A DNA stretch of 63,957 bases, filler included, from Chiloscyllium plagiosum (taxonomy: Eukaryota), in the NCBI RefSeq assembly GCF_004010195.1. It is 4 parts of one record of this genome, joined end to end, with 100 filler letters (N's around TTAATTAATTAA, not from the genome) between each part and the next. Parts side by side here need not be neighbours in the genome. Positions count along the whole stretch, not along the records: positions 48,550 to 61,570 come from NC_057716.1; positions 61,671 to 63,957 come from NC_057716.1; 2 more parts are not named here. One strand, 5' to 3'. The notes below the pieces were generated by a model, which did no database searches, was not told the origin of the DNA, and worked only from the letters and a program-made list of their open reading frames with translations. Below are positions 50,900 through 63,024 of the stretch, piece by piece. The position numbers and the translations under genes are program-made. Positions within the stretch are counted from its first letter, which is position 1, and each line of letters opens with the position of its first letter.

Positions 50900-52340
50900 T
50901 CATGATAAAGCCCTCTGTGAAATTGGTGCCAGACTTTACACTTCAACAGTGATCACAGAATTTCTGGCAGGCTTGCCAAGACACCAAATATTTCGGTTTT
51001 CCATACACAGTTCCAAAGTGCTCCACTCTGTCCTATGCAGATATAGTGACAGGGAGCTGGGGCTTGCACCACCTCTTCATTCTGCTGCAAGGCCATTTGC
51101 AACTGGTGTCTCATCACATGCAGATTGCCTTTCTAAGCTACCCTCTAAAGCATACAGCCTAAGGATCTGAGTTCGTTGCTGTAACTAATGGTGCTTCTTT
51201 ATCATTCATCTCTTCTTCCTCTACTATTTCTCCTACACCATTACCCGGCTTGGATCCAGTTCTCATGTCTCCTGCATTTCAGTTAGTCAAGGGTAAGATT
51301 TTGGCAGTGGGAGCAGGAAGAAACACATCCTTAATAGTCTACAGCTTGTACCTCAGAAAAGATTGAGGCACGAGAGTGAAGCAGGTTTCAACTCCATTGT
51401 CAGCCATGCCCTCAGTCGTAGCCACTGGTGAATACCGATCTCCTTGCACATAGAGATACAACCTGCTTGGTTTCTCATTGGTTAGGTGCAACTCGTGCCA
51501 CTTAGGTTAATCAGACATCACAATCTTTATGCCTGTTTTTGGTCCCATCCTACCTTCAGCGAGTGTACAAATGAACACCCTCACAAATCTTGCATATGGG
51601 AGAAGGTGCTGAGGGTGAAGAAAATCACCCAACAACCTATTTAGTCCAGTAAAAAGTAGTAAACTAGATTAAGATGTTTATAGAGGATTCAGAAATATTT
51701 CAAATTCTCAATATACCATATTTAACAAGCTCAAAGACTAAACGACTAGTCAGATGTATTTACCAACACTAGTTACTTACGTGTGGTAAAGGAAACCGTA
51801 GCTGAGAAACATTGACACCATTAATTAGTGGGCAGGTGAATCTATTAGGCAAGACCATGTAGGAAGCAATAGTATCAATAATCTTTGTGTCTGACAATTC
51901 ACTGAAAAGAAGAAAAACAGCTTTTAGAAATGGAAAAAAAGCAAAATCAAATGTGAACAGTGCACTATTTTAGTATTCCCATCACAAGAACTAGTGAGCA
52001 ATAAGTCACCTTTTACATTTTGTCACCTCTCAAACCTTTCCCAGAACACCATTCTTGAATCCTTCAATCAAGTTTGCATTCCTATTGCAGTACTGAAAAA
52101 TGTGTAGCAATTTCAAAATCAACATTTGAAACTGAGTATTATCCACCTCAACCTGCATGTAGCCTTTGACATTGTTGCTAACATCCTCCTCTCCAATGCC
52201 TTTCTCCTGCCGTTCAGATGGATGGTCTACTCGCACTAGGTCACTTTTTAGTAAAATTGTATCCAGACAATCATCTACAATGACCTCTCCCAGTGCTGTG
52301 TTATTACTTCTGATTGTGCAAGCAGGCACAGCTTATTATG
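50900..52340 (-). mobile_element. Very decayed Harbinger Myb-gene pieces, convergent with the transposase relic
   Basis: Weak SANT-like segment at 52130-52330, RVAPNQ at about 51480-51495 and acidic EEEEMNDKEAPL...TNSD at about 51170-51230. Confidence 0.35.
51781..51901 (-). CDS. GRB14: Probable upstream GRB14 exon (exon-2 equivalent, divergent)
   Basis: Strong acceptor (ctgtttttcttcttttcag) and CAC|GTAAGT donor. 121 bp, open frame, phase 2 to 0, so it joins VIKV in frame. Translates ELSDTKIIDTIASYMVLPNRFTCPLINGVNVSQLRFPLPH; only LPNRF resembles the family motif IPNPF. Confidence 0.55.
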
Positions 52341-53129
52341 ATGGAAAGATGGAGCATTGCGAATGATCATCAACTGGTCCAGTAATATTTTAAAGAAAAA
52401 GAGTAAATGGTTTCTTCACTCTGGCACAACTCTTGCACCAAATATGGTGATTCACAACCCTCAGCATATATTCTGCTCACCAGAAATTGTGATTCTATTG
52501 GCCTTGCAAAAAACAGGATCTTTCAGTTGCTCTCCCCACAACAGTCATGAAAATGCTGAATTTGTACCACAAATACAAAGTAAACTCATTACATGAAGTT
52601 CAGGCAGCTATTTCATAGCTATTTCCTGTTTAAGAGCTGATTAACAGCCTTGAAAGATTAATACAACATTAAGAAGCTTTTCAACTTTTCTTCTTTCCCT
52701 CAATCTATCTTTCTTTCACAGTTTCTCTTGCTGTATCTAAATTTAACTCTAACTTAACCATTTCCAACCCTGTCATCACCAAGGTCCCCAGCTTCACTAG
52801 ACAAACTGAAGCTTCAGCAATTTGCAGCACAAAAATAATGAAGTATGCTAGAAAGATTCAACTCATGGGGCCTTGTACCAATTATTAAACATATACATGC
52901 TTCATGTTAATCAATCTCCTGCTTCACCTTAACCACTTTGCATATAAATATATTTCTCCATGAATAGTTGCTTCTAGTGTAGAACTTGAGTATTGCAAAA
53001 ACAAAATCTGAAGCTTTGTCAATAATAATGCCAATACAATTTTTTGTAATGTAGAAAACAAAACAGCCAATTTGTGCATAATGCTAATAGAATGTGGTGC
53101 TAATCATCTTACTTTTAAAAAATATATAG

Positions 53130-53460
53130 TGGCGTGGGTTAAGGGATAAATATTGGACAGGGAGCTGATGAGATCTTCCTTGCTCTTCCTCAAAGCCACA
53201 ATGGTGTGTTTGATTTTCATCTGCCCTCTCAACTGGATGTAATATTGAATATGACTGATAATTTGACAACAGTATTTTGGCAGTGCCATTTGTACGTAAA
53301 CTGTCTTATTGCACTTCTGAGAAGGATACAAAAACCATATTGGCAATACTTCGTTAAATTCTAATTATTGTCGAATTATTTGATCAAATATATTCTCACT
53401 CAGGATCTGAACATTTCTCATTTTAACCAGAAGATGGCAGTATTTATCACCAATCAGTAA
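53130..53460 (-). mobile_element. Old DeuSINE-like element (AmnSINE1/SacSINE1-type Deu domain)
   Basis: aagggataaatattggacagg...cttgctcttc resembles the recalled reverse Deu domain agggataaatattggccagg...cctgctcttc. Confidence 0.5.
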
Positions 53461-53509
53461 AGCATGTGCCACCTCAACTTTGTACCAATAGCTTCACTTC
53501 AACTTCAAA

Positions 53510-53775
53510 ACCATAGAATCCCTACATTGTATAAACAGGCCATTTGGCCCATCCAGTCCATACCGACCCTCCAAACAGCATCCCACACAATCTCTAACTC
53601 TGCATTTCAATGGCGAATCCACCTAATCGGCACATTTTTGGATTGTGGGAGGAAACCCACACAGACACGGGGAGAATGTGCAAACTCCACACAGTCAGTC
53701 ACCCAAGGGCGGAATTGAACTCAGGTCCCTGTGCTGTAAGGCAGCAGTGCTAACGATTGAACCATCATTCTGCCC
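53510..53775 (-). mobile_element. HE1-type SINE
   Basis: Reverse-complement head and V domain. Confidence 0.88.
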
Positions 53776-54029
53776 CTTGGAGCATTTATTGCAAGATACA
53801 TTTTCAATTTCTTATAACAAATATTTTGGCCTTGCTTATTGGCGTTGTCAATTAATACCAAGCATTGGGATGTTTTACACTGTGTACTCAAAGTGCTTCA
53901 AATCATTTCCAGCATTTTCACAGCAAACACTTGGAGTAGGCTTTCGCCCCATCAAATCGGAGGTAAATTCAAACTCTTGTTTTAAAGTTAATGCAATGTA
54001 TGCTATTAAAAACTAAATAACGAGGGAGA

Positions 54030-56520
54030 TTAGTGAGATCTCTGAATTACTAGTTGAGCCAAGAGCTAAGTGGCACTGGGCCATAAAATTAAAGAGGTAA
54101 TTGCATGGCTCAAAGACTGATATGGGAAAAAATGGTGTGAATTCATAGAATATTGGCACCAATACTAGGGTAGCAGGGAACTGTTCCAATGGGAGGGGCT
54201 CCATTCTAATCACATGGGGATCAGATTAATGCAGAATCGCAGAAATAGGGCTGTTGATAGGGCTTTAATCTGAATAGCGGGGGGGTTGTCAATTTCATAG
54301 ATGATTATAAACATTGAAGATAAAGGAGAAGGTACAATTGCAGGGCTGATTGTTACCCGAAAATTCAAGAAGGGACAGAATGTGTGAATGTCATACAGTA
54401 CCAAGGAACCATAGAAGTGTAGGGAAATTAGATTATAGAACAAACTTAAAGGCTTTATACCTTTTTGCACAATTCAGGATAAGGGAGATGAACTGACAGT
54501 GCAAATTGAGATAAATATGATGTCATAACCAACATGGTTACCAGGAGATCAAAACTAGGAATTTATCGTTCAGGAAACGTGGGAGGGATTGAAAAGGTGG
54601 TGGGTTAGCACTGTTAATACAAAATAAAACGAGGACAGTTACGAGAGATGATCTGGGATCAGATGATGTAGAATTCATTTGGGTGGAAGGAAAAAAAAAG
54701 TAACGGAAAGAAGACATTGGTAGGAGTAGTGTATGTGCCCCCAAACTGTAGCCACTCAGCGGGAAAGGCTAAAAATCAACAAATAATAGGAGCATGTGAA
54801 AAGAATAGAACAATAATTATGGGTGGATTTAATCTTCGTGTTGATTGAGTTAATCAAATCAGAAAGGGTAGCTATGACAACAAATTCATAGAGTACATTA
54901 GAGATCATTTCCCAGAGCAATGTGTTATTGAGCCAACTAGGGAGCAGGCTCTTGGATCTGGAAATGGGTAATGAGACAAGTATAATAAATTAACTCAGAG
55001 TAAAAGATCGCCTAGGAGGTAGTGAACATAACATGATGAATATATTATTCAGAGTGAAAAACTTGGATCAGATACAACTGTGCAAACTTTAAATTAAGGG
55101 AATTACAATGATTTAGCTAAAGTGAACAGGATAGATAGATTAGCAGGAATGACAATAAGCAAGCAGTGGCAAATATTTATGATATTTCATGAGTCTCAGC
55201 AAACATCCAATCTAGTAAGGAAAGATAAACTAATCATGGCTAACCAAGGAAGTTATGGTGAGTATTACGTTGAAAGAAAAAGTATCCAAGGAGGTGAATG
55301 TCAGTGATAGCCACTAAGACTGGAATAAATTCTTAATCCAGCAAAGGAGGAATAAAAAGATAATAAAGTCAGAAAATCAACCAGGAGGGCAAAATAGTGA
55401 GGAATAGAAAAAAATACTGATAAGGAGAGCTTCCTTAAAATATACGAACCATAGGCCCCTTAGAAAATTAATCTGGGGAGATAGTTATGGAGACCAAGGA
55501 GATGGTAGAGGAATTGAAACAGATATTTTGCATCAGTCTTTACGGTAGAAGATATTTTAAACATCCCATTCATACTAAATAATATAGGGAGTAATTAAGG
55601 AGCATTACCATCAGTAAAGTAGTAGTATTCGACAAACTAATGGGAATAAAGGCAGATAAATCCCCTAGTCCTGATGGCTTGCATCCTAGGAACCTAAAAG
55701 TAGTACCTGAAGAAATAATGGATGCATTGGTTTTACTTTATCAAAAACCATTGGATTCTGTAGTAGTATCAGAGGATTGGAAAACTGCAAATGTGACACA
55801 CTGATTCGAACAGTGAGGGAAGCAAGAAGTGAGTAATCATAAGCCTAACATCTATTATTGGAAGAGTATGGAGACCAATTATTAAGGAAATAACAGCAGA
55901 ACAATTTGAAAATCATAGCCTAATTAAGCAGAGTCAGAATGGCTCCATGAAAGGGAAATTGTGCCTGACTATTAGAATTTTTTGAGAAAGTCACAACCAG
56001 AGTGAATAAAGTGGAATCAGATGATGTAATATATTTGGACTTCAGAAGGTGTTCACCAAGGTAACTCAAAATGTTAAGAAATAGGAGCCACTGTGTTGAG
56101 GTAATATATTGGCACAAATAGAGAATTGGCTCATGAGAGGTGATGTCATGGAAACATTTTGAATTCTTAAGGGGTATGACAGAGTAAATGCGGAGAGGTT
56201 GTTTTTCCTCACGGGAGAGTCTAGTACCAGATGGCATCGCCTCAGAGTAAAAGGGGTGCCAATTTAAGACCAAGATGAGGAGGCATTTCTTCTCTCATAG
56301 TTTTGAGTGCCTATGGAACTCTTTGTCACAGAGAACTGTGGGGCTGAATCCTTGTTTATATTTAAGAGGGAGAGACAGATAGATTCTTGATCAGTACTGG
56401 AATCAAGGGTTACAGGGAAAGGATAGAAGTGGACGTGAAGAATGGATTAGCTGTAACCCTATTGAATGGCGGAGCAGGCTCGAGGGGTTAAACAACCTAT
56501 TCCTACTTCTTACGGTCTTA
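54030..56520 (+). mobile_element. Old, internally deleted CR1 (ORF1 end, endonuclease, RT, 3' UTR)
   Basis: IIMGGFN, KADKSPSPDGLHPR, EDWKTANVT, YLDFRR and a CR1 tail. Confidence 0.85.
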
Positions 56521-58007
56521 TGGAGCTTGAAGGCAAGAGCCTGAACCCACATAGACTGAAGGAAAAGACTGAAGTTCTTTTTTCGTTCGTAAAGGACATA
56601 TATCATCTACTGGTGGCAGGACAATTGCGAGAGAACCTTAGTAAATGTACAGAAAGGAATGGACATTCAACATGGATCTGTAATTGGCATGTTAACTTAT
56701 GCAACTTTAAGAATATGGCCAAGAATGTAGGGAATTTAGTATTTGTACTGGAAAGAAAGACTGATGAAATACCAAAATAAATATAGTGAAGTTTATAACT
56801 TGTGTCAAACTAGGTAACTTGTATCACTATTTTAACTACTTAGGCAGCTTTCTTGCATTACAAAAGGTTAACCTCCTAAGGCTGAAGGGCACATGGAAGC
56901 TGAGGCTCAAGTGTCTTTTATACCCAGTTAGAGGAGGAGCATTTTCTGCAGAACCTGAAACTCATACTCATAAAAATGAGACAAAATTATATAAGTGAAA
57001 GCTGTTGATGTAACTCATTTTCAGAAAGTGAACTTGCAAACAGTTAGACAGCAAATGAGAAGTTTTCATTTTCATCTCCTAGACATTTCACTTCCTGAAA
57101 ATTAGTTGAGTGAGTCTCCTGCTCATAACAGGATCTATTAATTTTCATCTCGTGCAGTGTAGATGCAAGCAGTATGGATAGGTCAAATATAGAAAGTAGA
57201 ATAAAATAATAAGTGAAGGCTTCTGGGAAATGTCCTAGACAGCCATATTTGATGACCTTCTCCACTCTTGTTCCATGTAAACATATGATTTTGGCATAAC
57301 TGTATGAATGCATGAAAGGTAGATCAGACATAAAAGTGGAATTTGGAACTCAGTCAGATTAATCATAGTTTGAATGGCATGACAGATGATCAAAAAGCTG
57401 AATGGCAGATATTTGCTCCTAAATCCCATGTTCCTATTTTCAGTATGTGAATAGAAAGCAACAAGGAAGGGGGAAGGAAACTGTTGGAAATGGATAAGCT
57501 AGGGCAGTGGGAACAACTAAATGAAGTAATACATCAGAGAAAGAAAATGTAAAAACGTAATCATTACTGAAAAGTAGAAGCAAAGAATTACTTAATATGT
57601 AAATATACATGTCACAAAAAAATGACTGTGCCAAGAAACACAATCATAAGAGACAATGTGAAATTCTGGGGTTATATAAAGATACAAAAGCATATTGGTT
57701 GGCATTTTGTCACCAAGAATACAACAAGATAGCAGATTGAGAAAATACATTTTGAAGACAAATGAGGAACATGAGGATTGTACAAAAGTGAAACAGTAAA
57801 CATTAAAAGGCAAAAATCTAACAATAAAATGTGTTCAAAATTTCAAAGAGATGGGGTAAGTAAAAAGCCAAAACTAACCTTGGTCAGTTAATAAAAAGTG
57901 GGAATAAATTTTAAAGATTCCTACAAGGACAGATGGGGCAGATGAAATACTTCATTCATACAATTGGATATCATAAAGTGAAACGCATCATTAGAGGTAC
58001 TTTAAAT

Positions 58008-58314
58008 TACTTACTGTGTGGAAACAGGTCCTTGAGCCCAACAAGTCCACACGGACTCTCTGAAGAGCAACCCACCCAGACCCAATCCCTTACAATTACC
58101 CCTTCACCTAACACTACGGGCAATTTAGCACGACCAATTCACCTAACATGCACATTTTTGGACTGTGGAAAGAAACCAGAGCACCCGGTGGAAACCCACA
58201 CAGACACTGGGAGAATGTGCAAACTCCACACAGATATTTGCCTGAGGTGAGAATTGAACCCGGGTCTCTGGCGCTGTGAGGCAGCAGTGCTAACCACTGT
58301 GCCACCGTGCCGCC
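58008..58314 (-). mobile_element. HE1-type SINE, full-length
   Basis: Ends in gccaccgtgccgcc; contains the V domain. Confidence 0.93.
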
Positions 58315-59942
58315 ACATATTATTGATGTCAAGTCAATCATCATAATAAGATGGAATTAAAAATAATTAAAACAGATACATAGTAAAAATATATGGAAAA
58401 ATAGCAAGAAAATAGAATTGGTACAAGCAAGATGGGCCAAATAGTAAGTGGTGATGTGACAATGCTGTTCCTTTAACAAAGTAATGTTGTCCTTGGTTTT
58501 TTTCAAAAGTGGGTTGGAAAAGGCAGAGTGTCTAGGTGAAGGCCATTTTGATGATAGCTCACAGATACTGCCTAAGGCAACAAGCAGTGTAAATGCTTTC
58601 AGGTAGTCTTTTTTTCAGAAAACAGTTGTACAATGAAAGGGGAGTGGCTAGTTCTCCCATAGAACATTACAGCACAGTACAGGCCCTTCGGCCCTCGATG
58701 TTGCACCGACCTGTGGAACCAATCTGAAGCCCATCTATCCTATACAATTCCATTTTCATCCATATGTTTAGCAATGACCATTTAAATGCCCTTAAAGTTG
58801 GCAAGTCTATTACTGTTGCAGGAAAGGCATTCCATGCCCTTACTACTCTCTGAATAAAGAAAATACCTCTGACATCTGTACTATATCTATCACCCTTCAA
58901 TTTAAAGCTACGAACCCTCATGCTAGCCATCACCATTCGAGGAAAGAGGCTCTCGCTGTCCATCCTATCTAATCCTCTGATTATATGGTCTCAATTAAGT
59001 CACCTCTCAACCTTCGTCTCTACAATAAAAACAGGCTCAAGTCCTCAGCCTTTCCTCATAAGACCTTCTCTCCATACCAGGCAACATCCTAGTAAATCTC
59101 CTCTGAACCCTTTCCAAAGCTTTCACATCCTTCCTATAATGCGGTGACCAGAACTGTACACAATACTCAAAATGCAGCCGCACCAGAGTTTTGTACAGCT
59201 GCAATATGACCTCATGGCTCTGAAACACAACCCCTATACCAAAAATAAAAGCTAACACACCACATGCTTTCGTAACGACCTTATCAACCTGGGTGGCAAC
59301 TTTCAGAGATATACACCGAGATCTCTGATCATTTACACTACCAAGTGTCTTAACATTAGCCCAGTACTCCTTATTCCAGTTGCTCCTTCCAAAGTGAATA
59401 ACCTCACACTTTTCTGCATTAAACTCCATTTGCCATTTCTCAGCCCAGCTCTGCAGTTTATTTCTGTCCCTCTGTAGCCTGCAAAATCCTTCAGCACAAT
59501 CAACAACTCTACCAACCTTAGTGCCAACCGCAAATTTACTAATCCATCCTTCTACAACTTCATCCAGGTCATTCAAAAAAACAAAACAGATGCTTGTGGT
59601 ACACCACTAGTAACTGAACTCCAGGATGAACATTTCCCATCAACTATCACCCTCTGTCTTCTTTCAGCCTTCCAAACCACTACATCACCGTCAATCCCAT
59701 GCCTCCATATTCTGTGCAATAGCCTACCTTGGGAACCTCATCAAATGCTTTACTGAAATCCATATACACCACATCAACCGCTTTGCCCTCATTTGGTCAC
59801 CTTCTCAAAGAACTCAATAAGATTTGAGGCACGATCTACCCTTCAAAAAACCGTGTTGACTATCCCTAATCAACTTATTCCTTTCTAGATGATTATAAAT
59901 CCTCTCTCTTTTAACCTTTTACAACACTTTATCCACAACCGA

Positions 59943-60036
59943 TTCCTGAAGAAGGGCTTATGCCCGAAACGGCGATTCTCCTGCTCCTTGGATGCTGCCT
60001 GACCTGCAGCGCTTTTTCAGCAACACATTTTTCAGC
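59943..60036 (+). mobile_element. PLE-derived short element with hammerhead core
   Basis: TSD tccacaaccga (59932-59942 and 60037-60047); CTGAAGAAGGGCttatGCCCGAAAC followed by GGC instead of GTC. Confidence 0.85.
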
Positions 60037-60347
60037 TCCACAACCGAAGTAAGGCTCACTGGTCTATAATTACCAGAGTTGTCTCTACTCCCCTTCTTAA
60101 ACAAGGGGACAACATTTGCAATCCTCCAGTCTTCTGGCACTATCCCTGTAGACAATGACGACATAAAGATCAAAGCCAAAGTTTCTGCAATCTCCTCCCT
60201 GCCTTACCAGAGAATCCTGAGATAAATCCCATCTGGCCCAGGGGACTTATCTATTTTCACACTTTCCAGAATCGCTAACCCCTCCTCCTTGTGAGCCTCA
60301 ATCCCGTCTAGTCCATTAGCCTGTATCTCAGAATTCTCCTCAACAAC

Positions 60348-60573
60348 ATTCTGAATTAGTGGTGCTGGAAGAGCACAGCAGTTCAGGCAGCATCCAAGGA
60401 GCTTCGAAATTGACGTTTCGGGCAAAAGCCCTTCATCAGGAATAAAGGCAAATGAAGGGCTTTTGCCCGAAACATCGATTTCGAAGCTCCTTGGATGCTG
60501 CCTGAACTGCTGTGCTTTTCCAGCACCACTAATCCAGAATCTGGTTTCCAGCATCTGCAGTCATCGTTTTTAC
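60348..60573. mobile_element. Palindromic PLE-derived element with hammerhead core
   Basis: TSD ctcctcaacaac (60336-60347 and 60574-60585); inverted arms of about 85 bp. Confidence 0.88.
60408..60443 (-). ncRNA. Minimal type I hammerhead ribozyme motif
   Basis: Minus strand attc-CTGATGA-A-GGGCttttGCCC-GAAAC-GTC-aat. Confidence 0.68.
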
Positions 60574-60689
60574 CTCCTCAACAACTTTGCCAATATTCAC
60601 ACTGGAAAAACACAAAAAATATTCATTCAGCGCTTCCTCTAATCTTCATGGACTCCACGTACAACCTCCCACTACTGTCCTTGATTGAC

Positions 60690-61170
60690 TAGATTAAGAT
60701 TAGGGACATTCTTTAATTCCTGATATACCTATCCCAGTTCAGAGATTTTTCTAGTATGATTTAGTATTCAGCTGGTGGCTGAGAGAAACAGCTGCAGTGG
60801 AAAAGGTTCCATGTTTTAGCCAATGATCCATGGCTAATCCTCCCTACAATCTCTCTGACCTGTAAGAACCTGTCTTTGAATTTATCTTTTTACTAAGGGA
60901 TGTGTTTATGGGATGTTGCAGGAAATCAGAACAATTCTTTGTTAGGTTGCAGGGATATCGTGTCGGTCAGGTTTTCAAATAATAGGTCTTTTGCTTGTGT
61001 TTCATTTGATAGTCTGTAAACAAATTCTGTTTTGTTTAAAACTGAATAGTTTGACCACCTGCATCACTCCTGTAATATCCACCTTACAGCTGCTTAAAAA
61101 TAACTTGAGAAGTTAGGTTCTGGGCTACCTTCTCGAAATGTTTTGAGGGGGTCTGGCCTGGTCTATAACA
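60690..61170 (+). mobile_element. Possible partial solo LTR
   Basis: Ends ...gggtctggcctggtctataaca, an LTR-like TAACA terminus; no 5' TG end recognised. Confidence 0.35.
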
Positions 61171-61389
61171 ATGTTTTGATATTCTACACTGCCACCCAAT
61201 CTCCCACTTTAAGAACTGTGCATCTCCACTAAAGTCATAAATAGAAACGTCTGTTGCCTGACAAAATAAATTAATGATTGAAACAAATGAAGGAAGGAAA
61301 ACAAATGTATAATTAAGAATATTTAGAGTCAGGTGTGAAGCTAAAAGAAGTCACTTGCTTCTTGGCCAACAGTACAATAGTAATGGTGT

Positions 61390-61570
61390 AATTGATGTAA
61401 TGGTGTTACAGTTAAATAAAGGTAATTATGAGGGCATAAGAGAAGAACTGACGAAAATAGACTGGAAGCAGAGCCTAGCAGGGAAGACAGTAGAGCAAAA
61501 ATGGCAGGAGTTTGTGGGTAAAATTGAGGACACTGTACAGAGGTTCATCCCCAAGAAGAGAAAGATTATC
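61390..61570 (+). mobile_element. CR1 ORF2 fragment running into a gap
   Basis: LNKGNYEGIREELTKIDW motif. Confidence 0.8.
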
Positions 61571-61670
61571 NNNNNNNNNNNNNNNNNNNNNNNNNNNNNN
61601 NNNNNNNNNNNNNNTTAATTAATTAANNNNNNNNNNNNNNNNNNNNNNNNNNNNNNNNNNNNNNNNNNNN
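61571..61670. other. Assembly gap with artificial spacer
   Basis: 44 N, TTAATTAATTAA, 44 N. Confidence 0.95.
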
Positions 61671-62000
61671 TGAGGGGAATTAGACCTGGAGCAGTGTGAG
61701 GAGAACGAGACCTGGAGCAGTGTGAGGGGAATGAGGTCTGGAGCAGTGTGAGGGGAATTAGACCTGGAGCAGTGTGAGGTGAACGAGACCTGGAGCAGTG
61801 TGAGGGGAACCAGACCTGGAGCAGTCTGAGGGGAACGAGACCTGGAGCAGTCTGAGGGGCATGAGACCTGGAGCAGTCTGAGGGGAACGAGACCTGGAGC
61901 AGAGCGAGGGGAACGAGACCTGGAGCAGAGCGAGGGGAACGAGACCTGGTGCAGCACAAGAGGAGCGTGGCCTGGAGTAGAGCGAGGGGAATGAGATCTG
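61671..62000. repeat. 26-bp minisatellite, about 12-13 copies, truncated by a gap
   Basis: Unit tgaggggaacgagacctggagcagtg in head-to-tail copies that decay rightwards. Confidence 0.93.
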
Positions 62001-63024
62001 TGCCAATGAGGGCCGGACTGGAGGCTGGAGCGGAACAAGACAGTTGTTGCTTTGGGTCTGGTGTCGACGATTAGGTCACATGTTGAGCTGCTGCTATTTG
62101 CAACTCCTTCCCAGACGCAATGTCAATCCTTTAACTGTGTTATAACTATCATATTTCAAACTTATTTTTTAGACACTGTAAGTAATGCTACAACCTTTCC
62201 TTTCATTCCTTTTATTCCACTTTGTATACAAGATTTGTACTTAGATATTTGTAACAAAGATGGTGTCATTCAAGTTAGCCACTGCAAAAACTGCTCACTA
62301 TACTCTTGTACGTCTGGACTGGAATACACACGACAAGAAAGGATATTCAACATTCTAGTCTATATTCTATGGGAGATAAAGCCTTCAAGTGTCATAAATA
62401 GGGAAGGATGGCTGGAACAAGTTTACAAGTTTTCCTCTTAAATATTAGGTGGCAAATATTTTTTGTGAGTTAAATGTTGGTAACATACAGCAGGTCAGTC
62501 AGTATCTAAAACAGAATGAGAAGGCATTCCCTCATGACAACCTTTCATCTGAATAAATAGTTTATGATGGTGCATTTTCTGCACTGCATATTAAATTAAT
62601 GTGAATAACAACTGATTTTGAAAGTCAGTAGACATTTATATTTTGATTTAAGGCACTGAATGACCCATATATTTCTGTTCACATTCAGTATTTTTAACCC
62701 AAGTCTGCCAGTAGAAACTGGTAAGGCAGACAATCTAAATTTGTCAAGTTATTTAGCTGCTCTGGAAATGCCAGGAGCAATTTTGTGGGATTTTATCGTA
62801 TTAAATTTAGTAAGTTTTCGGTGGATCTGTCCCTAGCAATGTGGGTCTCAGTGAATCTCAAGAATGGAATCTTTCCATCTACAAAGCCCTTAGCTTTGAG
62901 TTCACGTCCAGGTCAATCCAATGTCCAGTCTGATGTCGAGTGGACTAAATTTCCATCTCTTACAAAGCAATTTCTCAAAGTGGTAATAATCTGAGATAAC
63001 CCCATCCTTTCCATTTCTACATGG

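Larger units (their letters stand above)
58658..60690 (-). mobile_element. CR1 LINE ORF2 fragment with two PLE-derived inserts
   Basis: IDKSPGPDGIY, WRIANVVPLFKKG, NYRPVSLTSVV and LVRLHFEYCVQFW motifs. Confidence 0.93.

Noticed and set aside
50619..51170. 183-aa ORF
   Set aside because: Non-ATG start, no recognisable motif, and antisense to decayed transposon sequence.
61671..62000. Possible CRISPR array or repetitive proteins (ORFs 61615-62038)
   Set aside because: Head-to-tail 26-bp units with no unique spacers, in vertebrate DNA; the ORFs are by-products of the repeat.
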